A DNA stretch of 64,000 nt, taken from the NCBI RefSeq assembly GCF_006345805.1, contig NC_043001.1, positions 110,670,001-110,734,000 of the forward strand, given 5' to 3'. Origin of the DNA: Octopus sinensis (taxonomy: Eukaryota). The notes beneath the pieces are model-generated. The model made no database searches. It was not told where the DNA came from and was given only the letters and a program-made list of their open reading frames with translations. Positions 1-12,505 of this stretch are shown here, piece after piece (position 1 is the stretch's first letter; every line of letters starts with the position of its first letter). The position numbers and the translations under genes were made by a program.

Positions 1-300
1 TGGCGAGAGGCTTCGATACCTGGATGTCCTGTAAAGACATATGAAGAACACTGGCATCTCACAAAACACCTGAGAGGAGGAGGTTCTGTGGCACGATGAA
101 TTGAACTGATCTCTGAAGCTCGTATTTCAAGTCATTGAGGAGAAGTAACAGCGTGAAGAGGCAAAAAAATTAAAAAAAAACACATGTGAGGCGTGACTTG
201 TTCATTGAGTCAGTAGATTCACATGCCTTGTAGATCACATAGCTGCTTGCCAGAGATCCTTTCTGAGCAAGAACAGTCAACGCCGATCTACGACGGACAG
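1..300 (+). mobile_element. Degenerate RTE-type LINE 3' remnant
   Basis: Translation RLRYLDVL*RHMKNTGISQNT*EEEVL resembles the RTE C-terminal 'RY.DV.K..MK..GI....WE' motif; several stops. Confidence 0.35.
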
Positions 301-469
301 CCGAAGACGAACTCTTGTTATAAAGGGACACACGAAACAGAGAAAGGCTCACACGTAACAGAGAAAAGCACATATTCGGATACTCCATTAAAATTCCGAG
401 GCTGATAAAATTTAAAAACACCAAAGATATTGTATGTCCATATTATAAAAAAAAATAATAAAAACTGTT

Positions 470-712
470 CCTTCTCGAGCTATGCCAGGCTCATAAGGAC
501 CGGTTTGTCGGTTTCAGTGGCGTAGAAATTCCCCATCTTGACGGTCCGTCGCTCCGTCGCAAGATTACTCATTTTTGCCATCTGGGTGGACTGGACCAAC
601 GTGAAAATGAAGTGTTTTGCTGAAGAACACAACGCATCACCCGGTGCAGGAATCGAAACCGCAACCTTACGACCATGAGTTCAATAATACCACATAGACA
701 CGCGCCTCCACT
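470..712 (-). mobile_element. tRNA-derived SINE-C variant
   Basis: Minus strand begins agtggaggcg, has B box ggtttcgattcc and ends ..ccttatgagcctggcatagctcgagaagga, the same tail as 62646-62951; core ttcacgtt..ccagtccac.cag is shared with 20325-20590. Confidence 0.65.
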
Positions 713-1064
713 ATGTTCATATTATAGTGTAAGTTAATGTTTTAGATTCATTTCGAGTATCCAGGAACATTTTTCGTAATAGAACATAAATGTCTACTAC
801 ATGTTAAACGGGGAATGTAAAGGGGAGAGAACTGTACATTGGTGCTGGAAAATGTATACGGGATTATATTCTTATCGCAACGACTTTGCATTTCGCCAAA
901 ACGGGAGAAATGTGTCGTTGTAAATACACATGCGATTAATATACGTTCTTGAGAAGAGAGATAATTTGAACATTCTGTACCAGGGGGCACAGCATACCGA
1001 GAAAATCTATTCTAATAGCTAACTCTCAAAATTTGCATAGAATTAATTTTCTTAATGAAACGAG

Positions 1065-1285
1065 GAAAAGCAGAGAGCTGACAATCATTAGCACACCAGG
1101 CAAAATTCTTAGTGTTCTGAGTTCGAATTCCGCCGAAGCCGGAAGTGCCTTTTATCTTTTCGGGCCAGTAAAATAAATACCACTGGAGCAATGGGGCCCT
1201 ATGCCTATCGTAGAAAGGATTATTAAAACGGGGCACAGAACTTTCCGAATGTCCTATACGTCTATTAAAAGATTTGATTAGGTTT
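1065..1285 (+). mobile_element. SINE-B, degenerate copy
   Basis: gttctgagttcgaattccgccgaag..cctttt matches the core of 33771-34380. Confidence 0.5.
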
Positions 1286-1821
1286 CTTTCTCTATGACGG
1301 AAGATTGGAAGAATCGTTAAGATGCCGGAAGAATGAATTGTCGTAATTATTTCAAGTCTTTGAAATATTATGTGAGCGCCTGTAACAACATTGTAGGTTA
1401 GCATGAGCGATCATGCTTTCCACTTAGAATACATCCTTGTAGAGAAGAGGAAAACTTGGATGGATGGGCATCTGCTTGCTTTCAACAAAACCAACATGCC
1501 CAAATCTGCAATAGAAAGAGCTCTGCATGTGCAGGTGCCGAGGCATCTTTAAGCCATATGTGTGTGTATGTGTGTGTGTGTGTGTATGTGTGTGTGTGTA
1601 AGGTTGCGCACGTGTGCATATAGGAAGACTGTTTTTCTTCACGGTGTACAGGAGGCTTTTGAGCAAGAACAGCTAAAATTATTTATGAAAACATTCCTTT
1701 AAAAGAAATTAATTTCAATGTGCTGATCTAGTATTTCACAACACACACATTCACACATTTATAGATGCATGTGTAATGTGTATGTATATATAGGAAAGGA
1801 TATTGAAATGTTCCTGGTTTA

Positions 1822-1930
1822 AAGGTGTCACGAAGGGCCTGACTCGAAGCTTTTTAATGTGACTTAGAAGAACTAAAGAACCCATAAAATGAAGGTATAA
1901 ATCTGAAGGGACAATATGTTGAATAAAATC
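1822..1930 (+). mobile_element. Possible mariner transposase C-terminal remnant
   Basis: ataaatctgaagggacaatatgttgaataa resembles the mariner terminal 'CI..EGDYVE*'; short and frameshifted. Confidence 0.25.
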
Positions 1931-1994
1931 ATAATTAACTGATCCTTCTCAATTTTCTTTTACCCAAAGTCACCTCCTGGTATATCCATATATG

Positions 1995-2120
1995 ATAGAT
2001 CGCTAGCTACTACACATTCTTTATTTTCCCTCCGTTTCATTCCGTGTTCCCTTCTGTCAAAGAGCGTAGGCTCGAAACGTTAAAGACTTTTTTATTTCCC
2101 AAGCGTTACACTAATACATA
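1995..2120 (+). mobile_element. Solo Penelope-like tail with hammerhead-like motif
   Basis: gagcgtaggctcgaaacgttaaagac..gcgtta.actaatacat matches the tail of the Penelope at 37140-37250. Confidence 0.6.
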
Positions 2121-2143
2121 CATACATACATATATACATACAA

Positions 2144-2190
<47 letters not shown>

Positions 2191-3273
2191 CACAGAGAGA
2201 GGGAGAGAAAGAAAGAGGAAGAGAGAGAGAGATTTCGTACGTGAACTCCATGCCTAATGTTTACCAATATTAGCGTGATGTTGTTCAAATCACAGTGCTT
2301 CAGTTGCTATCTTTTATGGTACTTTACACCAAGGTACCTTCTTTAATTTTCAAAAATGATCGGGTGTGAGACGTTAAATTATTTGTAACATTTACAACGC
2401 TATCTTTACGACAAAATTTAATAGAATCTTTGCGCTTTGTGTAGGTCCATATTTAAGAAAAAAACAAAACAATTATAAGTGATGGATGCTCTTGGATTTT
2501 GAGCAGTTATAGGATTAATTTTGAATGTCTTTCAATAGTATGATTGAACATCAGATCCATCACAAACGCAGTTATAACATCTTAAAATTAACGCATATTT
2601 CATGATTTATGAATTTCATTAAAATTTACTACTCAATCTCGGTCGTACGCTTATTCCGTTGTCCGGTTGAACAACCCCATCCGTAGCACAGGAATTGACT
2701 ACTGTACTGTTTGCATTCGGCGAAGTTCTCTGGTCTAAATATTTCTCCTTTCTCGTGAATGTCTTGGAGAAAAATATTTTTCTTGCTGTACTTCTTCCTT
2801 TGATTAGACCGTTACAAATAAACAAGAGCATCTTAGATACAGAAGTGTTTATCTTCTGTTGGTTTCTTTGAATATCAACTGATTCATATAGTTTAGAACT
2901 AACTCTCTTTGCTATTATTAATGACGTAAGTTGTTCAAGTTGTTCCAGAATATTTCTAAAGTTGTTCTCTATTTTTAAATTTTATCGATTCAGATAAACG
3001 AATGATAAACGCTATACCATCTGTCACGTATGAGTCTCATTTCAAACAATTAAATAATCATTGAAAACAATCGGTATTGCAAAAATAACAAAAGAAATGC
3101 AGCATTTATTTTTCGTTTTGTTTTTTCGGTTGAGTGGAGCCAAAGCTTTCAAACGTTAATTCGATTTGTCATAAATATATAATGATTGAACAAATTAATT
3201 ATAGGGTTAAGAGTTTAAAATTGCTGTTACCACATACTTATTCCGATTATTCTTGAGTATTCTGAAGTAGTTC

Positions 3274-3370
3274 GACGGACAAAGACGAGCATGGAACCAA
3301 AGTCCCATAGACGTCTAAGACGGACAAAAACGAGCATGACACCAAAGTCATTTTGACATCTAAGACTGAC
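3274..3370. repeat. 45-bp tandem repeat, about 2.2 copies
   Basis: gacggacaaagacgagcatggaaccaaagtcccatagacgtctaa (3274-3318), then gacggacaaaaacgagcatgacaccaaagtcattttgacatctaa (3319-3363), then gactgac. Confidence 0.85.
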
Positions 3371-3671
3371 ACCCGGTTTATCTGGTTTGGAATCCTGCTG
3401 CCAGTGTAATGGTAGGCATGCTGTGAAAGCATCAAAGTGAGTCCCGAAAATCGACAAAGGTTTCATAAGATCGTTGTCAAACTAGTATACAATAATCTGA
3501 GTAACCATGCCAGTGTAATCAAAAACCTCAACATAAACATGTAGTGATATAATTACTTTAAAATCATAACTTACAAGCTTTTGATGTATCCTTTAAAAAT
3601 AAATACATATTTAGTATTTATCCAAGAAAACGACTATCAATATTTTCAGAATATTCATTCATCATTGCGCC

Positions 3672-3759
<88 letters not shown>

Positions 3760-3890
3760 TTATATATACATACATACACAGACACACACACACACCACAC
3801 ACACACACGGAGGCATACACGCACACAGACATTCACACACACACATACACATATGCATATATATATATATATATGCATATATAACCGGAC
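3672..3890. repeat. Compound (TA)n/(CA)n microsatellite
   Basis: Direct reading. Confidence 0.95.
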
Positions 3891-4424
3891 ATATTTTTTG
3901 ATATCTCTTGCGTTCAATAATTTAATTTAGTGGGTAGGGTGTATCAAATGCATTCCTCTTATACGAAAGCCATATTTTAAAACTTTTCGATTAAGCACAC
4001 TGATAATTATACTGCCTCCCCATATATGCTGATATTTAAGTATTCCTGCACTCGAGATTAAAAGACAGCATATTTTAGGAAACATTTTTTTATGTTGGAT
4101 ATATCTTAGGTCATCAAGTTTAAATGCTAAACGTAATGACCCAAAAGTTGTTCCTTCCGGGTTCGTTGAAATTTTACACCAGTTATCTAATGTTTGGGTA
4201 ATAGGTGAACGAAAAAATTTTACAAATATGAATGTTGCCCATCCCATCGCCCAAGAAATGAAGGAAATATTGTGTGTCACAACACTCTTCAAATTTAACA
4301 TTGTTAGTTTAACAGATTAAGTTTTTCTTACTATAAGCTAATGCACAAGGCGTCGTTGGCAAAGCTTATTATTGTTTATGGATTTGAATATTCATTAAAA
4401 TTACCACTTTCATAAAACAGTAAT

Positions 4425-4545
4425 TTCAAATTTTGCCACAAGGCCAGCAATTGCGGAGGAGGGTGTAAATCGATTACATCGACCCAGAACATAATTGGTA
4501 CTTTATTCTATCGACTCGAAAGGCGGAAGGGTAAAATCGACCCTG
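4425..4545 (-). mobile_element. SINE-B 3' part, degenerate
   Basis: Reverse complement of the SINE-B tail (atcgattacatcgacccag..tggtacttta..tcgac). Confidence 0.45.
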
Positions 4546-4713
4546 TAATCCATAGTGAAATATTAGAATTTGCGATGAATAGGCCAATTTGCTGAAGGTT
4601 CTCGTACTTTCTTTCTTATAACTAAGGTTTCAGCGATGACTAAGATATTTCAGTAATCATTCATTGGAATCTTCTATGAATAATTAAAACATACACTGAT
4701 TGTTATGAAATCA

Positions 4714-4800
4714 GGCGTGGTTCTGTGATAAGAAGCTTGCTTACCAAGCACACGGTTCCGGGTCCAGTCCCCACTGCATGGCACTTGTGCACGCGTTTCG
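4714..4800 (+). mobile_element. SINE-A tRNA-like head fragment
   Basis: aggcgtggtt.tgtgataagaagcttgcttacc..cacggttccgggtccagtcccactgcatggcac matches the head at 54389. Confidence 0.6.
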
Positions 4801-6344
4801 TATTGTATCTTCGTTTTGACACCATGCCAGCAATTTAGAGGGAGAGGTAAGTCGATAACATCGAACACAGTACCCAAATGTTACTTATTTTATCGATCTT
4901 GAAACGATGGAATACAAAGTCGATACCAGCGATACTTGAACTATGAACAGCTGTATAGATTAAAAGAATAAACACACTATGGATGAAAAATTCATAGACG
5001 TGAGGGAAACATTCCGGATAATACGCCACATAGCATCACTATTTTCTGAAATAGTTCCAAGGAAATGTATTTGAAGAAACACCCACTCAAGAAAGAGATT
5101 TTTCAAATGCTCGGTCATCAAATTTTGATTCCTCCACGAAAAATAGATATCTGATACTCTTAAGAAACTTCATATGTCTGACACAAAGACGATGCATAAA
5201 TGCAACAAAAAATTAACTATGCGATACCAGATAGCACATCATAAGCTTGGCTTTATTTTTCGTGAAAAAAAATGTCAACAATAATTGTTATAGCTTTACC
5301 AAATAACTGTGTTGTTAGGGCGATATGAGCTGCAATAACGAAGGAATTAGAGTGGCTTAGCTGTTAATTAAAAAAAATGAAGTTTTTGTGACATTTAAAC
5401 AATATATCAATCTCACTTATTTGTAATAGGTTCAACTGAAATGATACACTCCTTCTCTGCAAGGTCATTGAAAGGTTACCCCTTAATTTCGAAAGAGGCA
5501 CGTTACTAAAGTTGAGAAACTGTAAAGAACTTCAAGATTCTTAACACATTTGTTAACCTTCAAAATATTCATGCATGTTTTACATGACGCAAGCAATGGA
5601 TTTATTTTTTAAAGAATAACTTCTTGGAAACAAGATAACTACCGCTACCACCAATAACACCACCACCACCACCACCGCCACAAATACTGTTAAACGCAAT
5701 ATGAAATATATTCATTTGACGAAAGGATACGTTACAAAACCCTCATGCAAGACAAATAATACGCGTTTGACATCAAGAGAACAAAAAAAATATATGGGCA
5801 ACAATGGAAAATATAGGAGTTTACTAATATGTAATTTTCGTTAAGGAAGGCAACCGCCTGATGAGAAATAAAATACAACAGACGCCCTTCAACAACCTAT
5901 ATATTTCAGCGATCAATCTGTAAAACTTTACTAATGAAAATTCGGATGTATTAGGTTATTTGATTGTTTTCTGGCTTATCTGTTTTGCACAAAATTTATT
6001 GGAGTGCAGCAATTTCCGTTTTAGAGTTGTCTCTCCTTTCCAAAGGGTAGCTGAAAAGTTGAATGTTTCACCGACGAAGAATGAGGCTTCGTATAGTTTT
6101 ACTCATCTGCTCTAACTGTCAAGCCAGAAGTAACATGAAAATTGACTCACAGTCTTCGTTAATTCCTTATACGACCTTAATGCATTATTTCCATCACCTG
6201 CATTGACCACTCGATGCAACGCTTTGAGAGCCTAGAAGATGTAAGATGCTGAAGGCCAACATCAGTCTGCTCTTCAACGGCAATTTCCGCACGGTCAAAA
6301 TGTAAAAAAATGTATATATATATGTATATGTGTATGTGTGTGTG

Positions 6345-6570
6345 TTTGTGTGTTTGTTTTAGTGTATCTGTGCTTGTCCCCCCAACATCGCTTGACAACC
6401 GATGGTGGTGTGTTTACGTCCCCGTAACTTAGTGGTTCGGCAAAAGTAACCGATAGAATAAGTACTGGGTTTCCAAAGAATAAGTCCTGGGGTAGATTTG
6501 CTTGACTAAAGGCGGTGCTCCAACATGGCCGAAGTCAAATGACTGAAACACGTAAAAGAGTAAAAGAGTA
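6345..6570 (+). mobile_element. SINE-A 3' half
   Basis: catcgcttgacaaccgatg..gtgtgtttacgtc..cgtaacttag..gactaaaggcggtgctcc..caaatgactgaaaca..aaaagagtaaaagag, as in 54600-54790. Confidence 0.8.
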
Positions 6571-7151
6571 CACTTCATCTACCATCTATCATATTATATA
6601 AATATGTGGTAGACCTATCTGATTTTCAGTCGCAGCGGGTAAACCCAATAGATACGGTTTAAACAGCAAAAGGAGTATGTGTTCCAAACAAGATGTTTTC
6701 ATGGTTAAATAGTGATGGTGAATTAGTATGATGCTAAGAAATGGAATTATGCATTGCCTTCTAACACACGAGCATTGCCTTCTTTCAATCATTGAGTTTG
6801 GTCACTATAATGATTAGTGTTCTTTGTTTTTGTTTTATCAAAATGTAAGTTCGGAGCACAATTAGCTCCCAATTATCCTAACATGAGCGACAGCGTATCG
6901 TATTACAACGCCACAAAAGACAGCATCGTCTCTTTAGATGCAGTGTCTTTTCAGTTTAATCTGCTCGTAATCGCACAGATCTTGACCAACTTAATCAAGA
7001 ATTAATTTTTCCGCTAAACGCAGAATTTAATGGTGAAAATATCAAGGTTTGTTTAAGGAAGCAAAAGTACCAGAATATTCTACCTCTTCTCAGTTTCGTT
7101 AGATATACATGAAATTGAACAAATGAATAGAATAAGTGTTACATCAATAGC

Positions 7152-7430
7152 AGTGGAGGCACATGGCCTAGTGGTTAGAGCAGCGGACTCGCGGTCGAGG
7201 GATCGCGGGTTCGAAACTGAGGCCGGGCGATGCGTGTGTTTATGAGCGAAACACCTATGATCCACGCGGTTCCGGCAGAAGGTAATGGCGAAACATCTGT
7301 TAACTCCTTCGCCACAACTTTCTCTCACTCTTTCCTCCAGCATCTTGCAGTTCACCTGCGACGGACCGGCGTCCCATCCAGGTGGGGAACCTAAACGCCA
7401 AGAAACCGGACTCGAGAAGGAACAAACAAC
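7152..7430 (+). mobile_element. tRNA-derived SINE-C
   Basis: A box tggcctagtgg, B box gggttcgaaac; body and ctcgagaagga tail collinear with 62646-62951. Confidence 0.8.
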
Positions 7431-7719
7431 ACAGAATCAATGGCGATTTCTGAGTGTTGCAGTTACCAAGAATGGTGGTTATTGAGTGACTTGAATTGAG
7501 TTATGCTCCATACAGGAATTAACACGATATAAGATTTGCTTGTAGATGTATGGTTTGGGAGCATGGTTGAAGAAGCTGGTGTATTTATCATATGGCTGAG
7601 GGAAAGAGATAGCGAATCAGATTAGCTTTCGGGCTTTTCTGACGATAACCAGCTGAAATTGTCTGATGATAGTAGTCGAAATAAGTGCAAATGTTTGAGA
7701 TAAAGCCGAAGTTTCAGTA

Positions 7720-8000
7720 AGATCATATCATGTTCATCGGAGAAAATAGATAAAGATTATTAGGTTACTTGCCTTGGAGAATGGAACTGTATATGTTGCT
7801 GGAGATTTCGTCAAGGTGATGTGTAAACCTAGGTTGAAAAGGAGGTGTGCATGTAATAGGACAAACGGGAAATGGTCTAGCGTGTTTAATTATTGGTGTC
7901 TTCTAGAACAGAATCTGTCGGTGGAGCATGGGCTCACGAATATCCTATCACAAGATTATGATTGATTGAGATGGAGACAACTCCTCTTAAGATACCCATA
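7720..8000 (-). mobile_element. Highly degenerate Penelope-like GIY-YIG remnant
   Basis: Minus strand cctattacatgcaca..ttcaacctaggtttacacatcacc..agcaacatatac resembles 'TCTS.N..Y.I.C..C...YIG' seen at 36590-36670; broken frame. Confidence 0.25.
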
Positions 8001-8439
8001 AGCCAGTGGTGTCAAAGTGAGAGAAGTTAAAAGAATAAATAAAGGATAAATAAAGATTAGAATGATATACCAAGTCATTTACTATGAATTGTTTTTACCG
8101 GAGCGTCCATGATATTCTACACAATAGCATATACAGCAAGAAATAGTACCAGAATTTAACCTTAATATCTCCAAATTAAAAGGACATTAGATCGAACTTT
8201 TCAACCATGTTTTGGGGTCAAAACAAAAACAACAACTATAAAAAGAATTATACATTAACCAAAACTGTTTTGTCCTCGAATGAGGGCATTTCCTACCCAC
8301 GCTCAACTTGCGTACAGCTTTCTTTATTTTCCCTTTTACTACCATTCTTAATACCAACATCATAATTTTATTATCATTGCCTTTGTTATCAAGTCTTCAC
8401 TGACACTATAAGTAGATCTCCAATTACGAGGACAGTCGG

Positions 8440-8552
8440 TGCAAAGCATGTGACTGGCATATGGAGGGCGTGGATGTCCCGCCATACGTTACAGGTCCCC
8501 AACAACACCCCGCCCTTAACTCACGCGCCTCTTACTCACTTCGGCTGCCTAC
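8440..8552 (+). repeat. Dispersed ~110-bp repeat, copy 1 (copy 2 at 33354-33452)
   Basis: Shared gcatgtgactg.catatgga.ggg and cgccctta.ctcacg.gcctctt.ctcact. Confidence 0.6.
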
Positions 8553-8679
8553 ATAGTCGGGGTTGGTGTGAATGCTTGGCCTCTGAATATTGCTTGATAT
8601 TAAACAAACCAGCTGATTATTCAGATATTGCTACGGCTGCTACTGCTGATGCTGCCGCTTTTGCATGCTCGTCAGCATT

Positions 8680-8703
8680 GAAGATGATGAGGATATTGGT
8701 GAC

Positions 8704-8748
<45 letters not shown>

Positions 8749-8885
8749 AATGATGACGACGATGATGATGAATATGATGAGGACGACAACGATGGTGAAG
8801 ATGATGACTATGAACATGATGATGATGATTATGATGATGATGATGATAATGATGATGTGGAGGAGGAGGAGGAGGAGGATGACGG
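8680..8885. repeat. Imperfect (GAT)n/(GAG)n triplet array
   Basis: Direct reading; source of the poly-Asp, poly-Met and poly-His ORFs. Confidence 0.9.
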
Positions 8886-9122
8886 GGATAACTTTTCAAA
8901 AAATAAACCGCTGAAAAGAAGTGAGTAAATGCCTGCAAGTATCTAAACTCAACGGTTTTTCGATGCAAATGATACAGTAGTTCTCATAGTATGATAATAT
9001 TGAATATTAATATAGATTATCATTATAGTTAACATCCCACAAATGAGAGGTCCGAAATCACACTAGGCATTATATAAAGATATAAGCGGCGGCGTGTGGC
9101 CCTTGTAAATATGTACCCTGAA

Positions 9123-9290
9123 GAAGGCGACTAGCTGTCGGAATTGTTAATACGCCGGACAAAATGTTGATCGCAATTTCGTCTTTCCGTTCTGAGTTCA
9201 AATTCGAGGTCGACTTTAACTTTCATCGATTTGGAGTCAATAAAACAATTGCCAGTTGAACACTGGGATCGAATTAATCGACTTAGTCCA
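9123..9290 (+). mobile_element. SINE-B, degenerate
   Basis: cgttctgagttcaaattc..gaggtcgacttt..ccagttgaacactggg..aatcgac. Confidence 0.6.
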
Positions 9291-9397
9291 AATCCGATAC
9301 TGGTGGCAATTTGCCAGAATTTTAAACAGACGTAGCACATTGGGCAAGCCTTGTGAGTGGATTTGGTAGACGGAAATTGAAAGAAGCTCGTCGTATA

Positions 9398-9432
<35 letters not shown>

Positions 9433-9437
<5 letters not shown>

Positions 9438-10085
9438 ATACATATATAGGGTAGCGGATATTCGTTATAAATATCACCACCAGTGGCTTAGCTCGTATAA
9501 ATAGTCAATAGACAACATATTCATATTTTAATATAGTGTACAGTTAAACACAAAAGAAAACTACCCTTTAACAGGTAATTTTTACATGCTAAAAGAATCA
9601 GCCAACACAGCTAAAACCACGATTTAATAGCAATTTTCGAAGGAAATGAAAAATAAAAACTTTTACCTTGTTAATTTTATTTGCGGTTATACCATGATTT
9701 CGAATTTCTTTAACAAAGAAGATTATTTGCCATCCTTTAATAGGTAATTTAGCAAAACAATAAAATCCACCAGGCGAATTCTCATCAGTAATCGGCCTCA
9801 ATAACTAACTTATAAATCAGAGACAAGATAACACGTGTCCCATCATTATATGCTATAACTTTTCAAAATTCTGCGCGCAGGCGCATCTACAGTCGGCAAT
9901 AAATACAATGCCGAGCTCAATCTTGGAGAATGCTAAGAACATATTCATAAGATACATATATAGGGTAGCGAATATTCGTTATAAATATCACCACCAGAGG
10001 CCTAGCATGCATGAATAGTCAATAGACAACATATACATATTTTAAAATAGTGTACAGTTAAACGCAAAATAAAACTACCCTTTAA
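9433..10085. repeat. Pair of 139-bp direct repeats (9433-9571, 9947-10085) 514 bp apart
   Basis: Both read ataagatacatatatagggtagcg.atattcgttataaatatcaccaccag..aatagtcaatagacaacatat..aaaactaccctttaa. Confidence 0.9.
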
Positions 10086-10714
10086 AAGATAATATGAATT
10101 GACTTTCACTAAACTTTCATTTTACGTTTCTTCATAGAATTCTTAAATCCAGCATCTAACCACCAAGTATTCGACCTGCCCACCCGCACTGATCGTCATA
10201 TTGCATTTAAAGGAAATTGTACTATTAATTAAATGTTGAAATGTCCTATATAAACTCGTAATTATTAACGCATGTTTATATATCAAACCACACAGCAAAA
10301 TAAAAAATAAAACTTCTCATTAAAAAAATCAAAAGAATACACTGCTTGTTAACTAGAACTGCTGCAAAAAGTAGCTGTTATACATCTCCATTATATTCCC
10401 TACCGCCGTAGAATATATATATCGTTACTCCTTAAATTTTATTTGTTTTAGTCATTAGACTTCGGGGATGTTTCGGTAGCAATTTGTTGAACTTTTAGTC
10501 ATATGAAATGACTAAAGTCAGGTAATTATTCGAATCGGTGGTTTTTTTCGAACAGCAGAGTTTCACACATCAAAATACACGAGTAGCGGTTGTGAAGCGG
10601 TGGTAATGGGAGAAACACAGACGTAAACACACACACACACATATTTATATATACTAAAGGCAAAAGAAAAGCTAGACGAACATCTCAGGTCATTTAGAAT
10701 ATTTATTAGAGAAG

Positions 10715-10930
10715 GCGTCGAGCTGCCAGAAACGTTAGAAAGGCCGGGCGAAATGTTTAGCGGTATTTCGTCTCTCTTTACGTTCTGAGTTCAAATTCCG
10801 TCGAGATCGACTTTGCATTTCATCCTTTCAGGGTCGATAATTTAAGTACCTGTTGCGTACTGCGGTCAGTCTCATCGACTGGCTCTCTCTCCCAAAATGT
10901 CGTACCTCGTGCCTAGAAAAGAAAAGAATA
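10715..10930 (+). mobile_element. SINE-B, near full length
   Basis: ggcgtcgagctgccagaaacgttag..acgttctgagttcaaattccg..ctttcagggtcgataa..gtgcctagaaaagaaaagaat. Confidence 0.75.
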
Positions 10931-12079
10931 TTTAATTAGAGTAAGGTGAATAAAAAACGGAGAAGCAGAAGTAATTAATGTATTACAGCTATTTCTGGGC
11001 TATCTCAGTTGGTGGGTCAACACTCCCATAAGCTCGGTATTCAGTCATCAGAGACAAGGTGTGTATGCAGGGATCTTCCATACAGAAAATTCACCGTGTT
11101 TATAAAAACAAAACAGTAGATAGAAGAATAAAAATAAAAGAATAAAGTTCACCGTTTATGTTGTTCTGGAGAGCATGGAGTTTAGTTCCTACTTCCTTGA
11201 AGATATATGTCCTTAAGTATAGCCCCACAGTTCCTTTCGGTGACCGTTCACCAAATATACTCACAAGGCTTTCGTGGGCCATGACACATGCTGAAGGTGT
11301 CACGCAGTGGGAGTGAATCCAGAAAATATAGGATTATGTTTACGTGCAAGAGTACAGAGAATATTTTAACTCTAAAAAGCCTACACGGATATTGTAGGAA
11401 TCTGGGTTAAGTCTCTTTTGGAAAGCACGGATTTGAAATCTAATCTACTTGATGAGGGCCGGGATGCTTTCGTACAGACGATAAAACGATGCAGAATAAT
11501 ATCAAATCAAAAATCTTACAAGACAAAACCATGCACGTGTCTTTATAAAACCGCCTTTGTTCATCACATTTATATGTATATTTATCACACATGGTTTGAG
11601 TGTGCACATGTTTAGAATGCGATAGAATAGCTACACTGTGTTGTATGTAATCCCTGTATTCTTCTAGGTTGACAGATTTTCAAAACAACGATGATCAAGG
11701 GAAGTAATGAATGAAGGCCTCTGTTAAATAGATGTGTGTCATATATATAATTGTGTACGGTTAGATGGAGAAGTATAATATTTTCTTTCAATAGTGCATT
11801 GTTGGATTCAAGATAATGTTTTGACATTGCTTAGCTCTCTTTCTTATCATTGATGTTATTGCAGGAAGTGAGAAGAAATTCTCTGTGAAATGTCGAGAGG
11901 TAAGTAAGTATGGGGCAAACATCAACAAGTATTGAAGGAGCAATAGAATAAAAAAACAGAAGATAATAAATACTGATAGATGAATAAAGAACAGATTTAT
12001 AAGACAGACGAAGCAAAAACATTAGGTAACAATAGGGGGAAATAATATAATTAGTGTTTGTCAATAGTTGAATATCTAT

Positions 12080-12261
12080 GATAAACATCATTATCACCGT
12101 CACCACCATCAACATTATCATCATCGTCATCATAATCATCATCAACGTCAGCATTGTCAGCATCGTGGTCATCGTAAACATCATTATCATCATCATCGTT
12201 ATCATCATCGTCGTCGTCACCATCATCATCCTTATTATCATCATCATCTTCAGCATCATCG

Positions 12262-12292
<31 letters not shown>

Positions 12293-12505
12293 ATTTATCA
12301 TCATCATCATCATCATCATCGTCATCATCATCGTCATCATCATCATCATCATTGTTGTCATCATCGTCGTCGTCATCGTCGTCGTCATCATCATCATCAT
12401 CGTCATCATCATCATCTTCGTCATCATCATCATCGTCGTCATCATCATCATCGTCGTCATCATCATCATCATCGTCATCATCGTCGTCGTCATCATCATT
12501 ATCCT
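12080..12505. repeat. Long imperfect (CAT)n/(CGT)n array
   Basis: Direct reading. Confidence 0.95.

Noticed and set aside
3274-3370. 45-bp repeat as a CRISPR array
   Set aside because: The units are contiguous with no spacers, there are only two copies, there are no cas genes and the context is eukaryotic.
2619-4301. GPCR pseudogene reading (ISWAMG..NWCKI; FAIPIVFN; SKMLLFIC)
   Set aside because: Only vague TM-like motifs, four in-frame stops between pieces and no DRY or NPxxY motif; not supportable without a profile search.
7152-7230. tRNA genes at A/B-box heads (also 48230-48302, 62646-62720, 63385-63460)
   Set aside because: No complete acceptor stem or cloverleaf; each continues into a repeated SINE body.
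7660-7685. ctgatga..gaaa on the plus strand as a hammerhead
   Set aside because: The intervening sequence cannot form stem II and no stem I is evident.
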